Of a DNA stretch of 64,000 nt, positions 9,246-18,549 are shown piece by piece. Source of the stretch: a virus; UHGV virus genome UHGV-0120889; one strand, 5' to 3'. Both the position numbers and the translations under genes were made by a program. The notes under the pieces are model-generated. The model saw nothing but the letters and a program-made list of their open reading frames with translations. It searched no databases and was not told the DNA's origin. How positions within the stretch are numbered: the first letter of the stretch is position 1; every line of letters starts with the position of its first letter.

Positions 9246-9341
9246 ACTGGGTGGCTTTCTTTTACACCTTAGCCGCCAGAAAAGGTGGGAGACCATGTTT
9301 ACAATATTACACTGTTAAGCAAAGTTTGTCAAGAAAATATT

Positions 9342-9680
9342 TTAGCTATTGCTAACAGGTTGTATTTCTGTGGTAAATGGCATAAAAGGTGCTGGTTTTT
9401 CAGCCTCTTCTACTACCACCTCTTCCTCTTCACCAAACATCTCATCATATTCTTCCTGCATTCGGTCTGCCTTATCAAGAACATACTCTGCAATGCTTTG
9501 ACGAATATTTTGTTTGGTTTTCGGGTCCAACATCAGCTCTCTTAGAACTTTGTGAGCTTCTGGAACCATCGCTATAAAAGATTCCTTCATATCGAGGATG
9601 TTCTTCTCTAGCTGAATGGCGTTGGACTCCTCTTTCAGAGGTCTGCCTCTACGGCGACGCTTTTTAGTTGTATCCGCCAT
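9342..9680 (-). CDS. small basic/acidic protein, possible DNA-binding (N-terminal KKRRRRGRP)
   Basis: Track ORF trimmed to ATG at 9678-9680 (MADTTKKRRRRGRPLKEE...) preceded by GGAGGA; acidic C-terminal tail. Confidence 0.4.
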   Translation of the reverse strand: MADTTKKRRRRGRPLKEESNAIQLEKNILDMKESFIAMVPEAHKVLRELMLDPKTKQNIRQSIAEYVLDKADRMQEEYDEMFGEEEEVVVEEAEKPAPFMPFTTEIQPVSNS

Positions 9681-10030
9681 GTTTCCTCCATTATCACGTG
9701 ATAGGTGGATTTTATCATAGCAAATACTGATTGTCAAGTTCGCCGCAGGGTGGTATTCCCTGCGACTTGTCCAGCGTCCTGGACCAGCAAGACCCAACAA
9801 GTGGGTTTTCCAGCTATACCCATTACCGCGCACAGGCTCGACCTTATTACAGGTTGGCTGGGGTCACATCGTCATGTGCTGGCTGCCCCTACCATTTTAA
9901 GTGTGGTGCACTATCAAGCCCTCTAAGGGGAACTCAGCTTTCTCCGAACCCTGTTTCAAAGCATCCGGAGATAAAAAGCCATCAAATTCATCTTTAAATT
10001 GGATATTCATCATGATACACGAAAACAACC

Positions 10031-10273
10031 TCATTGTAAAGCACAAATAAATAAAACATACTTGATTTGTTTGTTATCGGGCTCAGGGTAGAAGTAGAAG
10101 ATCTTGCTATCACCGATCTGAACACCACCATCCCAACAGCATAGCCCATAACCCGTATTCATACAAGCTAAGTCGTTGGCAAAATCTATTGCATCATCCA
10201 GTGCACGAAATTCACCTTCATCTTCTAAATAATCCTCATTCATGGAACGAAAAACGAGCTTAACCTTAAACAT
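10031..10273 (-). CDS. hypothetical protein
   Basis: 80 aa ORF co-oriented with neighbours; no recognised motif. Confidence 0.35.
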   Translation of the reverse strand: MFKVKLVFRSMNEDYLEDEGEFRALDDAIDFANDLACMNTGYGLCCWDGGVQIGDSKIFYFYPEPDNKQIKYVLFICALQ

Positions 10274-10349
10274 AGCATTACCTGTAGACCTCGTAAGTTA
10301 AAATTGTATCACATCATATTGCAGATCTTATCAGGTAACATTATTTTTG

Positions 10350-10559
10350 TCAACAGATTCCGGCCTTATCCCTCCTGTCTGCGTATTCTTTAATCGCAAC
10401 CTCATCTGCATTGGTGACTAAATCTTCAAAGTAACTCTCAAGCTCCTCGTCAATGTCAGGAAACCAACTCTTTTTCCTATCAGTGTGAATCGCAGACTTG
10501 TTGAATTTATTACAGTTCTTTGCTACCGGATTGTTCATTAATCGCCCCTCAGCGTTCAT
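10350..10559 (-). CDS. hypothetical protein
   Basis: 69 aa ORF, start overlapping upstream gene stop. Confidence 0.35.
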   Translation of the reverse strand: MNAEGRLMNNPVAKNCNKFNKSAIHTDRKKSWFPDIDEELESYFEDLVTNADEVAIKEYADRRDKAGIC

Positions 10560-11127
10560 AGTAAATCTTATTTAACATTACCTCATCCTTTGCAGAAAGA
10601 ATACCGAGATATGCATCACCGAACCTACCTGCAACAACCTCTACATGATACATAACTTCGTTAATATCGTCAAGAGTGATAACTGGATGACCGTACCTCT
10701 CTGAGTATTGTCTCAGAGTGCGATGTAGGGAATCATCATCGTAGGCAGACTTTTTAATATCACAAACACGACGAATAGCCTTGATGTCGAAAAACCCTGT
10801 GCGATACCAACCAAGAAAAAGGTTTCGTACAGTGTCAACACCTACATCAACACCGTCAAGAACCTTATCTACAAGATAGCTGTCATCCTTTGGACCTGCT
10901 TCCTTAGTTCGAATGTAGTTGCCATCTTTTCCTGGTGACAGCTCCTTCTCATCACCAACCTGAATGCCATCATTTGGCGGTGTTAACCACTTATCCGGAT
11001 GCTTACGATCACGAGCGTTAGAATGATTACGCTGGAAACCTGGCTTCCACTTGAAAGTTTTCTCCATCTGTTCTTCATTCTGATAACGTTTTGCAATCTT
11101 TTCACGGTCATCTTTGCGTGGACTCAT
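10549..11127 (-). CDS. hypothetical protein
   Basis: 192 aa ORF with plausible start; no recognised motif. Confidence 0.45.
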   Translation of the reverse strand: MSPRKDDREKIAKRYQNEEQMEKTFKWKPGFQRNHSNARDRKHPDKWLTPPNDGIQVGDEKELSPGKDGNYIRTKEAGPKDDSYLVDKVLDGVDVGVDTVRNLFLGWYRTGFFDIKAIRRVCDIKKSAYDDDSLHRTLRQYSERYGHPVITLDDINEVMYHVEVVAGRFGDAYLGILSAKDEVMLNKIYYER

Positions 11128-11634
11128 AGCTGCCTCCTCTTCAAGTTATAGAAAAACTCACTGTATCGCTTTGTAACGAGCTTTTCTATCAAACTGGTGC
11201 GATTGCCTTACCTGGTATAGTTTATATAGCTGTGGAGCGATTTAGGGGCCTTCTTGTCCGTTTCCACACATAAACTTCATCCAAGCTCGCGCGGGAGACT
11301 CTCAACCGACTCCTTACGGCGCTGGCAAGCTTTCGTCGGTGGTCCACATCAGTGCTCGGCCTTTGGCCTGCGCTATCGCTTCGCTCCCACACATGTTAAC
11401 AGACCTTCATGTATGCACTTCTGTTATTGTGTGCACCAAGGAGGCCCGGCATCTCGCCCCTCGTAGGCGAGTGCCAATGAAGGGCCGACACTACCTATAG
11501 TAAGTAATAAATTTAAAACATGGTACTTAGGATCTAGTATATTCTACATAAGTTAAGTATATGTACTTAGTACCATAAGTACTAGATCTTTTATTTTTTT
11601 TTTATTATTTAGTTATTTTAGTTATATTCTTTAT

Positions 11635-11717
11635 GTGTCCGTATCACGGACAGTTAGTGTCCGTATTACGGACAGATGTGTCCGCGTGACGGACAGTAGT
11701 GTCCGTATCACGGACAG
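11635..11717. repeat. array of four tandem palindromic 19-bp iterons GTGTCCG(T/C)NTNACGGACAG, period 21-22 bp, next to AT-rich tract 11589-11634
   Basis: Units start at 11635, 11657, 11678, 11699; each is an inverted repeat GTCCGT..ACGGAC. Direct observation. Confidence 0.85.
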
Positions 11718-11783
11718 TTACTAACCTCTGTTCCAGAGTGAACATAAAACATACGAATCCTTATAGTACAGATATTTAAGTTT

Positions 11784-12143
11784 TTACTGGTCTAACCAGT
11801 TGTTGACATTCGAATAACTTCTTCTGGTGGCAAAACTTTGGAAAATGTGCATCTTTTTACCTCTCCCTTGTGTGGATATTTCAACCACTCCTGCACATTC
11901 TAAAGTTTTAACGCACGCTGCTGCTTTTGTTTTCTTTATCCCAATATCTGCTGCAATTTTCCTTGTGCTGGGCGTGAAGCGTGAATTTCCTCCAAGCTTA
12001 TACCAGTTGTGCAGGTAGCAGTATACGATCTTGTCATATAAGTCAAGAACAACAACCTCACCAGTTGTGTCATTCAAAACTTTTGACATAGACAGTATTT
12101 CAAGGGGGACTTTAAGATATAGCAGCTTATCCCCATCTTTCAT
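11784..12143 (-). CDS. putative helix-turn-helix DNA-binding protein
   Basis: 119 aa; segment STRKIAADIGIKKTKAAACVKTLECAGVV resembles an HTH; gene ends 67 bp from the iteron array. Confidence 0.45.
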   Translation of the reverse strand: MKDGDKLLYLKVPLEILSMSKVLNDTTGEVVVLDLYDKIVYCYLHNWYKLGGNSRFTPSTRKIAADIGIKKTKAAACVKTLECAGVVEISTQGRGKKMHIFQSFATRRSYSNVNNWLDQ

Positions 12144-12190
12144 ATCTCCTGATTCTCCTTGTGTGGCAATTTTCTTTAAAATAGCAGGGA

Positions 12191-12745
12191 TTACTCCACG
12201 CTGTCAATAGCAAGACTCATTGCAATACGGTATGCCTCTTCTAATGGTAAGAGTCTCCCCCACACATCCCAACCGACATCAAACTGCCTGCCAAACAACT
12301 GCTGTGTGGTTCCGTGAGCATGACCGAACAGTTGGACCGATCCGTGAGGCTTTCTGTTCCACTTTGCAAACTGGTAATGGCTCATACAGATCAAATTCTT
12401 GTTGTGGCGAAGCTCGTAATAATCTACAACCTCATGACCGAACTCTTTCATAATTCTGACAGTCGTCCTTGTGTCATGGTTACCACGAACAAGAATAATA
12501 TGTCCGTTCAACATATTTAGAACATCTGGGAGCAATTTGTTAATATTCTTATCATTAGTGCACGCAATATCTCCTAAGTGAAACACAGTGTCTGCAGGTG
12601 ACACAACAGAGTTCCACTTGGTGATGATCCCCGCATTCATACTGTCAAGATTGTGATCATACTGAGATCTGTGTTTTTGACATGAGTCAAACTCCATGAC
12701 CCGCTGGTGGAGAAAGTGTGTGTCGCTTGTTACAAAGTATTTCAT
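12191..12745 (-). CDS. calcineurin-like metallophosphoesterase
   Basis: Motifs SDTHF, GDIACTND, GNHD, GHAHG; track ORF trimmed to ATG at 12743-12745 (MKYFVTSDTHF) to remove overlap with upstream kinase gene. Confidence 0.65.
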   Translation of the reverse strand: MKYFVTSDTHFLHQRVMEFDSCQKHRSQYDHNLDSMNAGIITKWNSVVSPADTVFHLGDIACTNDKNINKLLPDVLNMLNGHIILVRGNHDTRTTVRIMKEFGHEVVDYYELRHNKNLICMSHYQFAKWNRKPHGSVQLFGHAHGTTQQLFGRQFDVGWDVWGRLLPLEEAYRIAMSLAIDSVE

Positions 12746-12752
12746 ACATTCC

Positions 12753-13220
12753 TCATTTAAGTTTAATGCAGTTTTTAAGCTGGCGTTCCATACGATCCAC
12801 AACCCTGTCTGGAACATCATGAATGCTTTTACTACCATGGCGGTTTTCAACCACGATTACGGTATAACTATACCCATGACTGATCGCCATGTCAATATAT
12901 TCTTGCACATATTTTTCTTTTGTAAATGTATTACTTACCACGATACGGTCGTATCCCATACGCATCATATCTTCTACGTTATCTTTGCACCATTTTGCTG
13001 CAAGTGTTACTTTACTTGCATCCCAGTTGTAATTTCCATCATCGTCGTACCAGAACATGTCGTTCTCAAAATGTGGATACAGACCTTCTAAAGATAGCGC
13101 ACTTGCCAGTGTTGATTTGCCAGACCCTGGTAGACCACGCACGATATATAGCATTTTAGACATAGTAATCCTCCGTTTTAATTTCAACGATAGTATACCT
13201 AACTGTTTTGTTAATTTCAA
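12753..13220 (-). CDS. P-loop kinase (polynucleotide kinase-like)
   Basis: Walker A GLPGSGKST near N-terminus, 155 aa; operon partner of the metallophosphoesterase. Confidence 0.5.
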   Translation of the reverse strand: MKLTKQLGILSLKLKRRITMSKMLYIVRGLPGSGKSTLASALSLEGLYPHFENDMFWYDDDGNYNWDASKVTLAAKWCKDNVEDMMRMGYDRIVVSNTFTKEKYVQEYIDMAISHGYSYTVIVVENRHGSKSIHDVPDRVVDRMERQLKNCIKLK

Positions 13221-13263
13221 GTGTTGACACTAGGTTATTTGTGTGGCAGGATAGACTGACAAA

Positions 13264-14199
13264 ATGACAAATGAGGAACGTATGATGAAGTATTTTAATG
13301 CAGACGACCTAGTTGACAAAGGTCTTGTAACCAGCAGATATCACCCAGACCTTGGGTTAAAGATCTATAAATATGCCAGAAAAGTATTCTACAACAACTT
13401 ATGGCATTTGTCTCCTCGATTACTGGAGTGCCGAGGCATTGTTGTCGGTAATGAAGGAAATGTTGTGGCATGGCCCTTTACAAAAGTGTTTAACTTGGGA
13501 GAAAACTCCACCAACCTGCCTGACAATAAGCTTGTGACGGCGGTAGAGAAAAAGAACGGATTCCTTGGTGTGGTGTCATCTCATAAAGGTGAACTATTGT
13601 TCTCAACAACCGGGTCTCTTGATTCTCCATATTGTAACCTTGCAAAGGAAACCATCCAGGAGCAATGTGGTAATTTAGATCTTATCAAGAAGGTTATGGG
13701 CAATGAAAATATGACATTCATGTTTGAAATTTGTCACCCATCAGATCCGCATATTGTTCAGGAAGATCATGGCGCATATTTGATAGGTTGCAGATATAAT
13801 GATTCTGGAATAATGCTACCAGAAGCAGCTTTAGATTGGATTGCCAAATACCTTGGTGCAAAACGTCCTCACACTGTGCGTGAAATTCCGTTCAGTTATG
13901 CAAAAGAATTAGCTGCAGAAACAAGAGGTGAAGGGTATATGATTCGTAAGCCTTACTACCCTTATGATCTGCAGCTGAAGATTAAGTCTCCATACTATCT
14001 GGCACAGAAGGCCGTAATGAGGGGTAAAGCTTGGAAGATTTGGGATGATGATATCTTTAAACGTGTTGACGAAGAGTTTTACGGCATGGTAAACTTCATT
14101 CGTAACAACTACACAGAGGATGTATGGAACTGCCTCCTGGAGCAGGAACGCCGTGAGATACTCGATTACTATTTCCACAACGAGAACTATATGCAATGA
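13264..14199 (+). CDS. putative RNA ligase / covalent nucleotidyltransferase
   Basis: Motif-I-like VEKKNGFLGVV (KxNG); divergently transcribed from the kinase/phosphoesterase pair. RNA versus DNA ligase not resolvable by eye. Confidence 0.5.
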   Translation: MTNEERMMKYFNADDLVDKGLVTSRYHPDLGLKIYKYARKVFYNNLWHLSPRLLECRGIVVGNEGNVVAWPFTKVFNLGENSTNLPDNKLVTAVEKKNGFLGVVSSHKGELLFSTTGSLDSPYCNLAKETIQEQCGNLDLIKKVMGNENMTFMFEICHPSDPHIVQEDHGAYLIGCRYNDSGIMLPEAALDWIAKYLGAKRPHTVREIPFSYAKELAAETRGEGYMIRKPYYPYDLQLKIKSPYYLAQKAVMRGKAWKIWDDDIFKRVDEEFYGMVNFIRNNYTEDVWNCLLEQERREILDYYFHNENYMQ

Positions 14200-14546
14200 A
14201 GAAGTTGATTGTGTGGCTAGATGACTTGAGAGATCCGTCAAAGTACGGGCTCCAAGACGCTGTTTGGCTAAAGAATTCCTCCGAGTTTATAGATTTTATT
14301 AACGATAATAGAAAGCTCTACAGACGCGTTTCTGAGTGGCATATGGACAACGACCTTGGAGAGGTATTCGAAGGGTACGATTGCCTATCTATGTTGGAGG
14401 AAAAATTTGTATTTGGTAAGCCTCCTGTAGTTGACAACGTGAAGATTTTCGTGCATACTTCTAACCCATCAGCGGCTCGTAAATTCATGCTTGCAGCTGA
14501 CTCGTTTAAAAAGTTTGGAATAGAGATTAAACAAAACATCTACTGA
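14196..14546 (+). CDS. hypothetical protein
   Basis: 116 aa ORF, start overlapping ligase-like stop (ATGA), immediately upstream of the sirtuin-like gene. Confidence 0.4.
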   Translation: MKKLIVWLDDLRDPSKYGLQDAVWLKNSSEFIDFINDNRKLYRRVSEWHMDNDLGEVFEGYDCLSMLEEKFVFGKPPVVDNVKIFVHTSNPSAARKFMLAADSFKKFGIEIKQNIY

Positions 14547-14554
14547 GGACACTT

Positions 14555-15316
14555 ATGCGACGACTGATTATTATCTCCGGTGCTGGTTTGAGCGCTGAAT
14601 CTGGTATTCCCACTTTCCGATCTGGTAGCACTGCAATGTGGGAGAATTTCAGCATCGATGAGGTGTGCAACATCCACACCTTTGCCAAGAACTACTATAA
14701 GGTGCATGACTTTTACAATGCACGTCGTGTAGCTTTAGGCAGTGTTGAGCCTAACCTTGCACATCTTCGGATCGCTGAGTGGTATTCCCGCTGGTCTGGT
14801 CGTGTGATCAACCTTACCACCAATGTAGATGATTTGCTGGAGCGTGCTGGTGTAAAACATGAAGATATTTTACATGTCCACGGGTATTTGCCAGAAATAG
14901 TCTATGAGGACGATGAAGGAAGTGACGTCATTAAGGACATTGGATACTCTGAGGTAGACGCAGGAAAGTATACCTGGGTTAAGCCTAATGTGGTGTTCTT
15001 CGGAGAAGTAGCTCCGAAGTATACAGACATGTATGACCTGTTGACTTCTCTTACGAGCAATGATATGGTTATCCTTGTAGGGTGCTCCAACACAGTTATC
15101 AATTTTAACTGGGAGCTATTCCCTGCCTGCAATAAGGGAACCAAACTACTGATCGTTAATAAATACGACTCACAGCATCTAGAGGAGAATGGCATTTCAC
15201 GTAGTGATATTTACCAGTATGAGGATCGTGGCATCCCAGTTTGGTTTAACGGTGCGGTTGATGCCTTCTCTGATAAAACATTCATTGAGACTGTAGAAAA
15301 CTTTATGGAACTTTAA
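14555..15316 (+). CDS. Sir2 (sirtuin) family NAD-dependent protein
   Basis: N-terminal GAGLSAESGIPTFRS matches the sirtuin NAD-binding signature GAGIS..SGIP.FR; 253 aa. Confidence 0.7.
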   Translation: MRRLIIISGAGLSAESGIPTFRSGSTAMWENFSIDEVCNIHTFAKNYYKVHDFYNARRVALGSVEPNLAHLRIAEWYSRWSGRVINLTTNVDDLLERAGVKHEDILHVHGYLPEIVYEDDEGSDVIKDIGYSEVDAGKYTWVKPNVVFFGEVAPKYTDMYDLLTSLTSNDMVILVGCSNTVINFNWELFPACNKGTKLLIVNKYDSQHLEENGISRSDIYQYEDRGIPVWFNGAVDAFSDKTFIETVENFMEL

Positions 15317-15329
15317 AAGGAGACCTTTA

Positions 15330-16043
15330 ATGCTGAATACTAAATTAATTGACAACCTGGAAAAACTATCCCAACCTGAAAACTACCTTTGGTCTGCCAA
15401 CTGGGTGGAAAACTGGAACCGTGTGGCAGCTAAAGTGAAAAAATCATACACACCATTCGAATTACAGCTTAGCTTCATTAAGGAAGAGTTCAATGAAGTT
15501 TTGGAAGAGCTGGAGAAAGGTGATGGTGGAGATCACCTGCTAAAGGAGGCCTGCGATCTTCACGTTGTCACAAGTTATGCAGCTTATCTTGTTAATGACA
15601 ATCACGAAAAGTGGTCAAACCTGTTTGATAATCCACGAGGTCTTAAGTTCAAGATCGGTGAGTTCTATGACACACTGATCGCTGCGAAAAACACATCCAA
15701 GCAAAGAGCGTCAGCTTACCGTTTAGCGGAGTTGTCAACAGCTTTGCTGTTCCAGCTTCGCGGCGATGTGTGCGGGATGATGCGTAAGGTTCTCAAATCG
15801 AATGACAGCAAGTTTGCACGGGTCAACCATCTACGGTATTCACACGGTGCCAGTGCAGATATGCCTGCTGAACAACTCATAGAGTTGGAGATTAAAGATC
15901 TTGAGCGACGCTTTGATGGTCGATATGAAGGTTTTGTTGCTAAGGAAGAATTCTACAACGGTAATAAAGTTATCATATTCCTTGACAGTAAAGGTAAGAT
16001 CATGAAGCCTTCGAGCTTCAAGGATGTAGCAGAGTATATTTAA
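15330..16043 (+). CDS. hypothetical protein (possible MazG-like NTP pyrophosphohydrolase)
   Basis: Acidic motif FIKEEFNEVLEELEKGDGGDHLLKEACDL resembles MazG EExxE..E..D; weak. Confidence 0.35.
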   Translation: MLNTKLIDNLEKLSQPENYLWSANWVENWNRVAAKVKKSYTPFELQLSFIKEEFNEVLEELEKGDGGDHLLKEACDLHVVTSYAAYLVNDNHEKWSNLFDNPRGLKFKIGEFYDTLIAAKNTSKQRASAYRLAELSTALLFQLRGDVCGMMRKVLKSNDSKFARVNHLRYSHGASADMPAEQLIELEIKDLERRFDGRYEGFVAKEEFYNGNKVIIFLDSKGKIMKPSSFKDVAEYI

Positions 16044-16106
16044 CAACATGGCCGGGATTACCCGGCTTTACTTGTTGTGGAAAGTATGCAAGTGAGGCAG
16101 ATAGTT

Positions 16107-16415
16107 ATGTACAAGCACTCTAGAGATCTTGAAAACGATGCTGTGTTTGGGGATCAGATGAAAGAGTTGGTTAAACTTATAGGCAGGATAGAGGATAAGT
16201 TTGACACTAAGATCTACATCGACAGCAAAGTATTCAACCACAAAATATGGACAAATCTGTGTGTTGGACTACATGGAGATAAAGATGTGGTAAATTTAGT
16301 TGTAATTAAGTTCATAGTGTGGCAGAATAAAACTATAAATTATTACGATCCACACCTGCTTGTTTACCCAATAAAAGATCTATTAGATAAGGAGGACTGC
16401 AATGCCGTTATTTAA
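16107..16415 (+). CDS. hypothetical protein
   Basis: Track ORF trimmed to internal ATG at 16107. Confidence 0.35.
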   Translation: MYKHSRDLENDAVFGDQMKELVKLIGRIEDKFDTKIYIDSKVFNHKIWTNLCVGLHGDKDVVNLVVIKFIVWQNKTINYYDPHLLVYPIKDLLDKEDCNAVI

Positions 16416-16671
16416 TCTTGCTAAACCTGTAGAAGCACACCAGTTTGACGGAAGCTCTTCATCAGTATCTGATCTGCAACGGTGGATTGATACAGGTGTG
16501 TTTACATCGTCACCTGTTCGGACCAGAGATCTTCGTCGCATGTGTGAGCTTGTAGAGCCGTTTGGTAACCTAGTCTTGTACCAGGGTGATTGGCTTGTTG
16601 ATTTTATGGGGGACTGGTTGGTAATGAGTAAAGAAGAGATGTTTAAAATTTTTAAGGAAGAGGCCGAGTAA
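16402..16671 (+). CDS. hypothetical protein
   Basis: 89 aa ORF overlapping neighbours by a few nt. Confidence 0.35.
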   Translation: MPLFNLAKPVEAHQFDGSSSSVSDLQRWIDTGVFTSSPVRTRDLRRMCELVEPFGNLVLYQGDWLVDFMGDWLVMSKEEMFKIFKEEAE

Positions 16672-17954
16672 TGCATCAAATCAAAACAACACTGTACGCA
16701 CTGAACAAAGATGGCAGCTACCAACAGTGGAAAGTATTCACGGATGGTGATAAGGTTATCGTAGAGTTTGGCAAGCTTGATGGTAAACTGCAATACAAAG
16801 AGACGATCTGCACACCTAAGAACGTGGGTCGCGCCAATGAAACTACAGCTGAGCAACAGGCCGAGCTGGAAGCGATCAGTAAGTGGGAAAAACAGGTCCG
16901 ACTCGGGTACGTGGAAAGTATGGAAGATTGTGAGCAAGGTGTTGATCTTTTACCCATGTTGGTGCATGACTACCTGAAGCGTGGCAAGGCACTTAAATTA
17001 CCTTGCTGGATCTTGCGTAAGTTAGATGGCCTTCGTCTACTTGTTGTTTTCCAGAATGGTGAGCCTAAATTTATTTCCCGTGGTAATAAGTCCTACCCTA
17101 TTCAAGGAAAGCTTCTGGAGCAACTTCGCTCTTTCCACCTAACCACCGGGATTAAACAGCTCGACGGAGAGCTCTATATTCATGGTCTACCTCTGCAGAA
17201 AATAGTGTCTCTTGCTAAACGGTGGCGCACACAGGAAGAAATTCAGGCCGAGATCGATAAAGACTACAAGGCAGATAAAAAACGCCGTCAGGCTGCGATT
17301 AAAGCAGGTTTAGCAACATACAAAAACTTCAACAAGGTGGACATTCCTGTTGATGTTGAGCCTGTTCGTGATGATTTGCGTTACGGAGGGTACTGCAGCT
17401 ACGACTTAGAGTATCATATTTTCGATATTCCTAGCGATAAGGTGTGGTGGGATCCTGAAACAGAGTCTGGTCGCTGTAAGGATCTTATGGAGGCAAACGG
17501 TGCTATTACTTCTTTGATGCTTGATCATATTAAGGTTGTTGATGCAGAGCTTGCATATACGGTTGATCGGTGCGAAGAGTCTGTTGGTATATTTATGTCT
17601 GAAGGATATGAAGGTACCATTATGCGTAACTTCTGTGGTAAATATGAGTATGGTCAGCGAACATCTGAAGCATTGAAATGGAAAAAGTTCAACGACGCAG
17701 AGGTGAAAGTTATTGACGTTGAGAAAGATAAGAATGATGAAGGTGTTCTTATCTGTGTTGACAAGGAAGGTGTTGTTGTTAAAATGAAGATGAAAGGCAC
17801 GCACGAGGAGCGTAGCTATGACAGGATGCAGGAAATGATCGGCAAGTTTGTCACCTTCAAATATCAAGCAAGGACAGAAGACAACAACTACCAATTCCCT
17901 GTCGGTATCTGCGTCCGAAATGTTAACCCAGATACTTGGGAGGTTCTGGAATGA
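16671..17954 (+). CDS. lig: ATP-dependent DNA ligase
   Basis: Adenylation motif CWILRKLDGLRLLVV (KxDG active-site lysine); 427 aa. Confidence 0.7.
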   Translation: MHQIKTTLYALNKDGSYQQWKVFTDGDKVIVEFGKLDGKLQYKETICTPKNVGRANETTAEQQAELEAISKWEKQVRLGYVESMEDCEQGVDLLPMLVHDYLKRGKALKLPCWILRKLDGLRLLVVFQNGEPKFISRGNKSYPIQGKLLEQLRSFHLTTGIKQLDGELYIHGLPLQKIVSLAKRWRTQEEIQAEIDKDYKADKKRRQAAIKAGLATYKNFNKVDIPVDVEPVRDDLRYGGYCSYDLEYHIFDIPSDKVWWDPETESGRCKDLMEANGAITSLMLDHIKVVDAELAYTVDRCEESVGIFMSEGYEGTIMRNFCGKYEYGQRTSEALKWKKFNDAEVKVIDVEKDKNDEGVLICVDKEGVVVKMKMKGTHEERSYDRMQEMIGKFVTFKYQARTEDNNYQFPVGICVRNVNPDTWEVLE

Positions 17955-17981
17955 TGTAGGATGGTTTAGTAGGTAACGGTA

Positions 17982-18010
17982 GCCAATTGAATGATGGTTT
18001 TTCAATTGGC
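17982..18010 (+). repeat. perfect 10-bp inverted repeat hairpin GCCAATTGAA-N9-TTCAATTGGC
   Basis: Seen directly between ligase and endolysin genes; no U-tract follows, so a terminator role is uncertain. Confidence 0.5.
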
Positions 18011-18078
18011 ACCTACATAACCACACTATGCAGTGTTGTTGATCGGGTTAGTTATGAGCAAACTGGAGAGTATGAAAA

Positions 18079-18549
18079 ATGAAACTTGATAAAAATGTTC
18101 AACGAAAAGCTTTCTTGGATATGATCGCATATTCGGAAGGAACAGATAATGGTAGACAACCTACCAAGGATCGGGGGTACGATGTCATAGTCGGCGGCAA
18201 GCTGTTCAGCGATTACAGCAAGCATCCAGGTGTTTACGTTAAGCTAAATGCTAAACTTACCTCCTCCGCTGCTGGTCGTTACCAGGTTTTGGAGAAGTTT
18301 GCTAAACACTACATGAAACAGCTAGGATTACCAGATTTTGGCCCTGCCAGTCAGGACAAGATTGCGTTGCAACTGATCCGTGAGTGCAAGGCTCTCGCCG
18401 ACATTGACGAAGGGCGTATCCACGAAGCTATCCGCAAATGCCGTTCCCGCTGGGCTTCGTTACCCGGCGCTGGATATGGTCAGCATGAACAGAAGATCGA
18501 GAAGTTGATCGAGGTGTTTAAAAAGGCAGGCGGCATTGTCCTGGATTGA
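18079..18549 (+). CDS. endolysin, lambda R-like lytic transglycosylase
   Basis: Motifs QRKAFLDMIAYSEGTDNGRQ, GYDVIVGG, DYSKHP, AAGRYQ, WASLPGAGYGQHE closely track lambda R as recalled. Confidence 0.8.
   Translation: MKLDKNVQRKAFLDMIAYSEGTDNGRQPTKDRGYDVIVGGKLFSDYSKHPGVYVKLNAKLTSSAAGRYQVLEKFAKHYMKQLGLPDFGPASQDKIALQLIRECKALADIDEGRIHEAIRKCRSRWASLPGAGYGQHEQKIEKLIEVFKKAGGIVLD

Noticed and set aside
9285-9997. Plus-strand ORFs 9285-9545, 9389-9577, 9705-9926, 9731-9997
   Set aside because: Antisense to the basic-protein gene or located in the hairpin-containing non-coding leader; no RBS.
11254-11466. ORF 11254-11466 (plus) in the GC-rich block
   Set aside because: Arg/Ser/Pro-rich translation typical of random reading through GC-rich DNA; no RBS; region treated as non-coding.
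11635-11717. Possibility that the four direct repeats are a CRISPR array
   Set aside because: Repeats are 19-bp palindromes separated by only 2-3 bp, so there are no spacers, and there are only four units; they look like iterons or operators.
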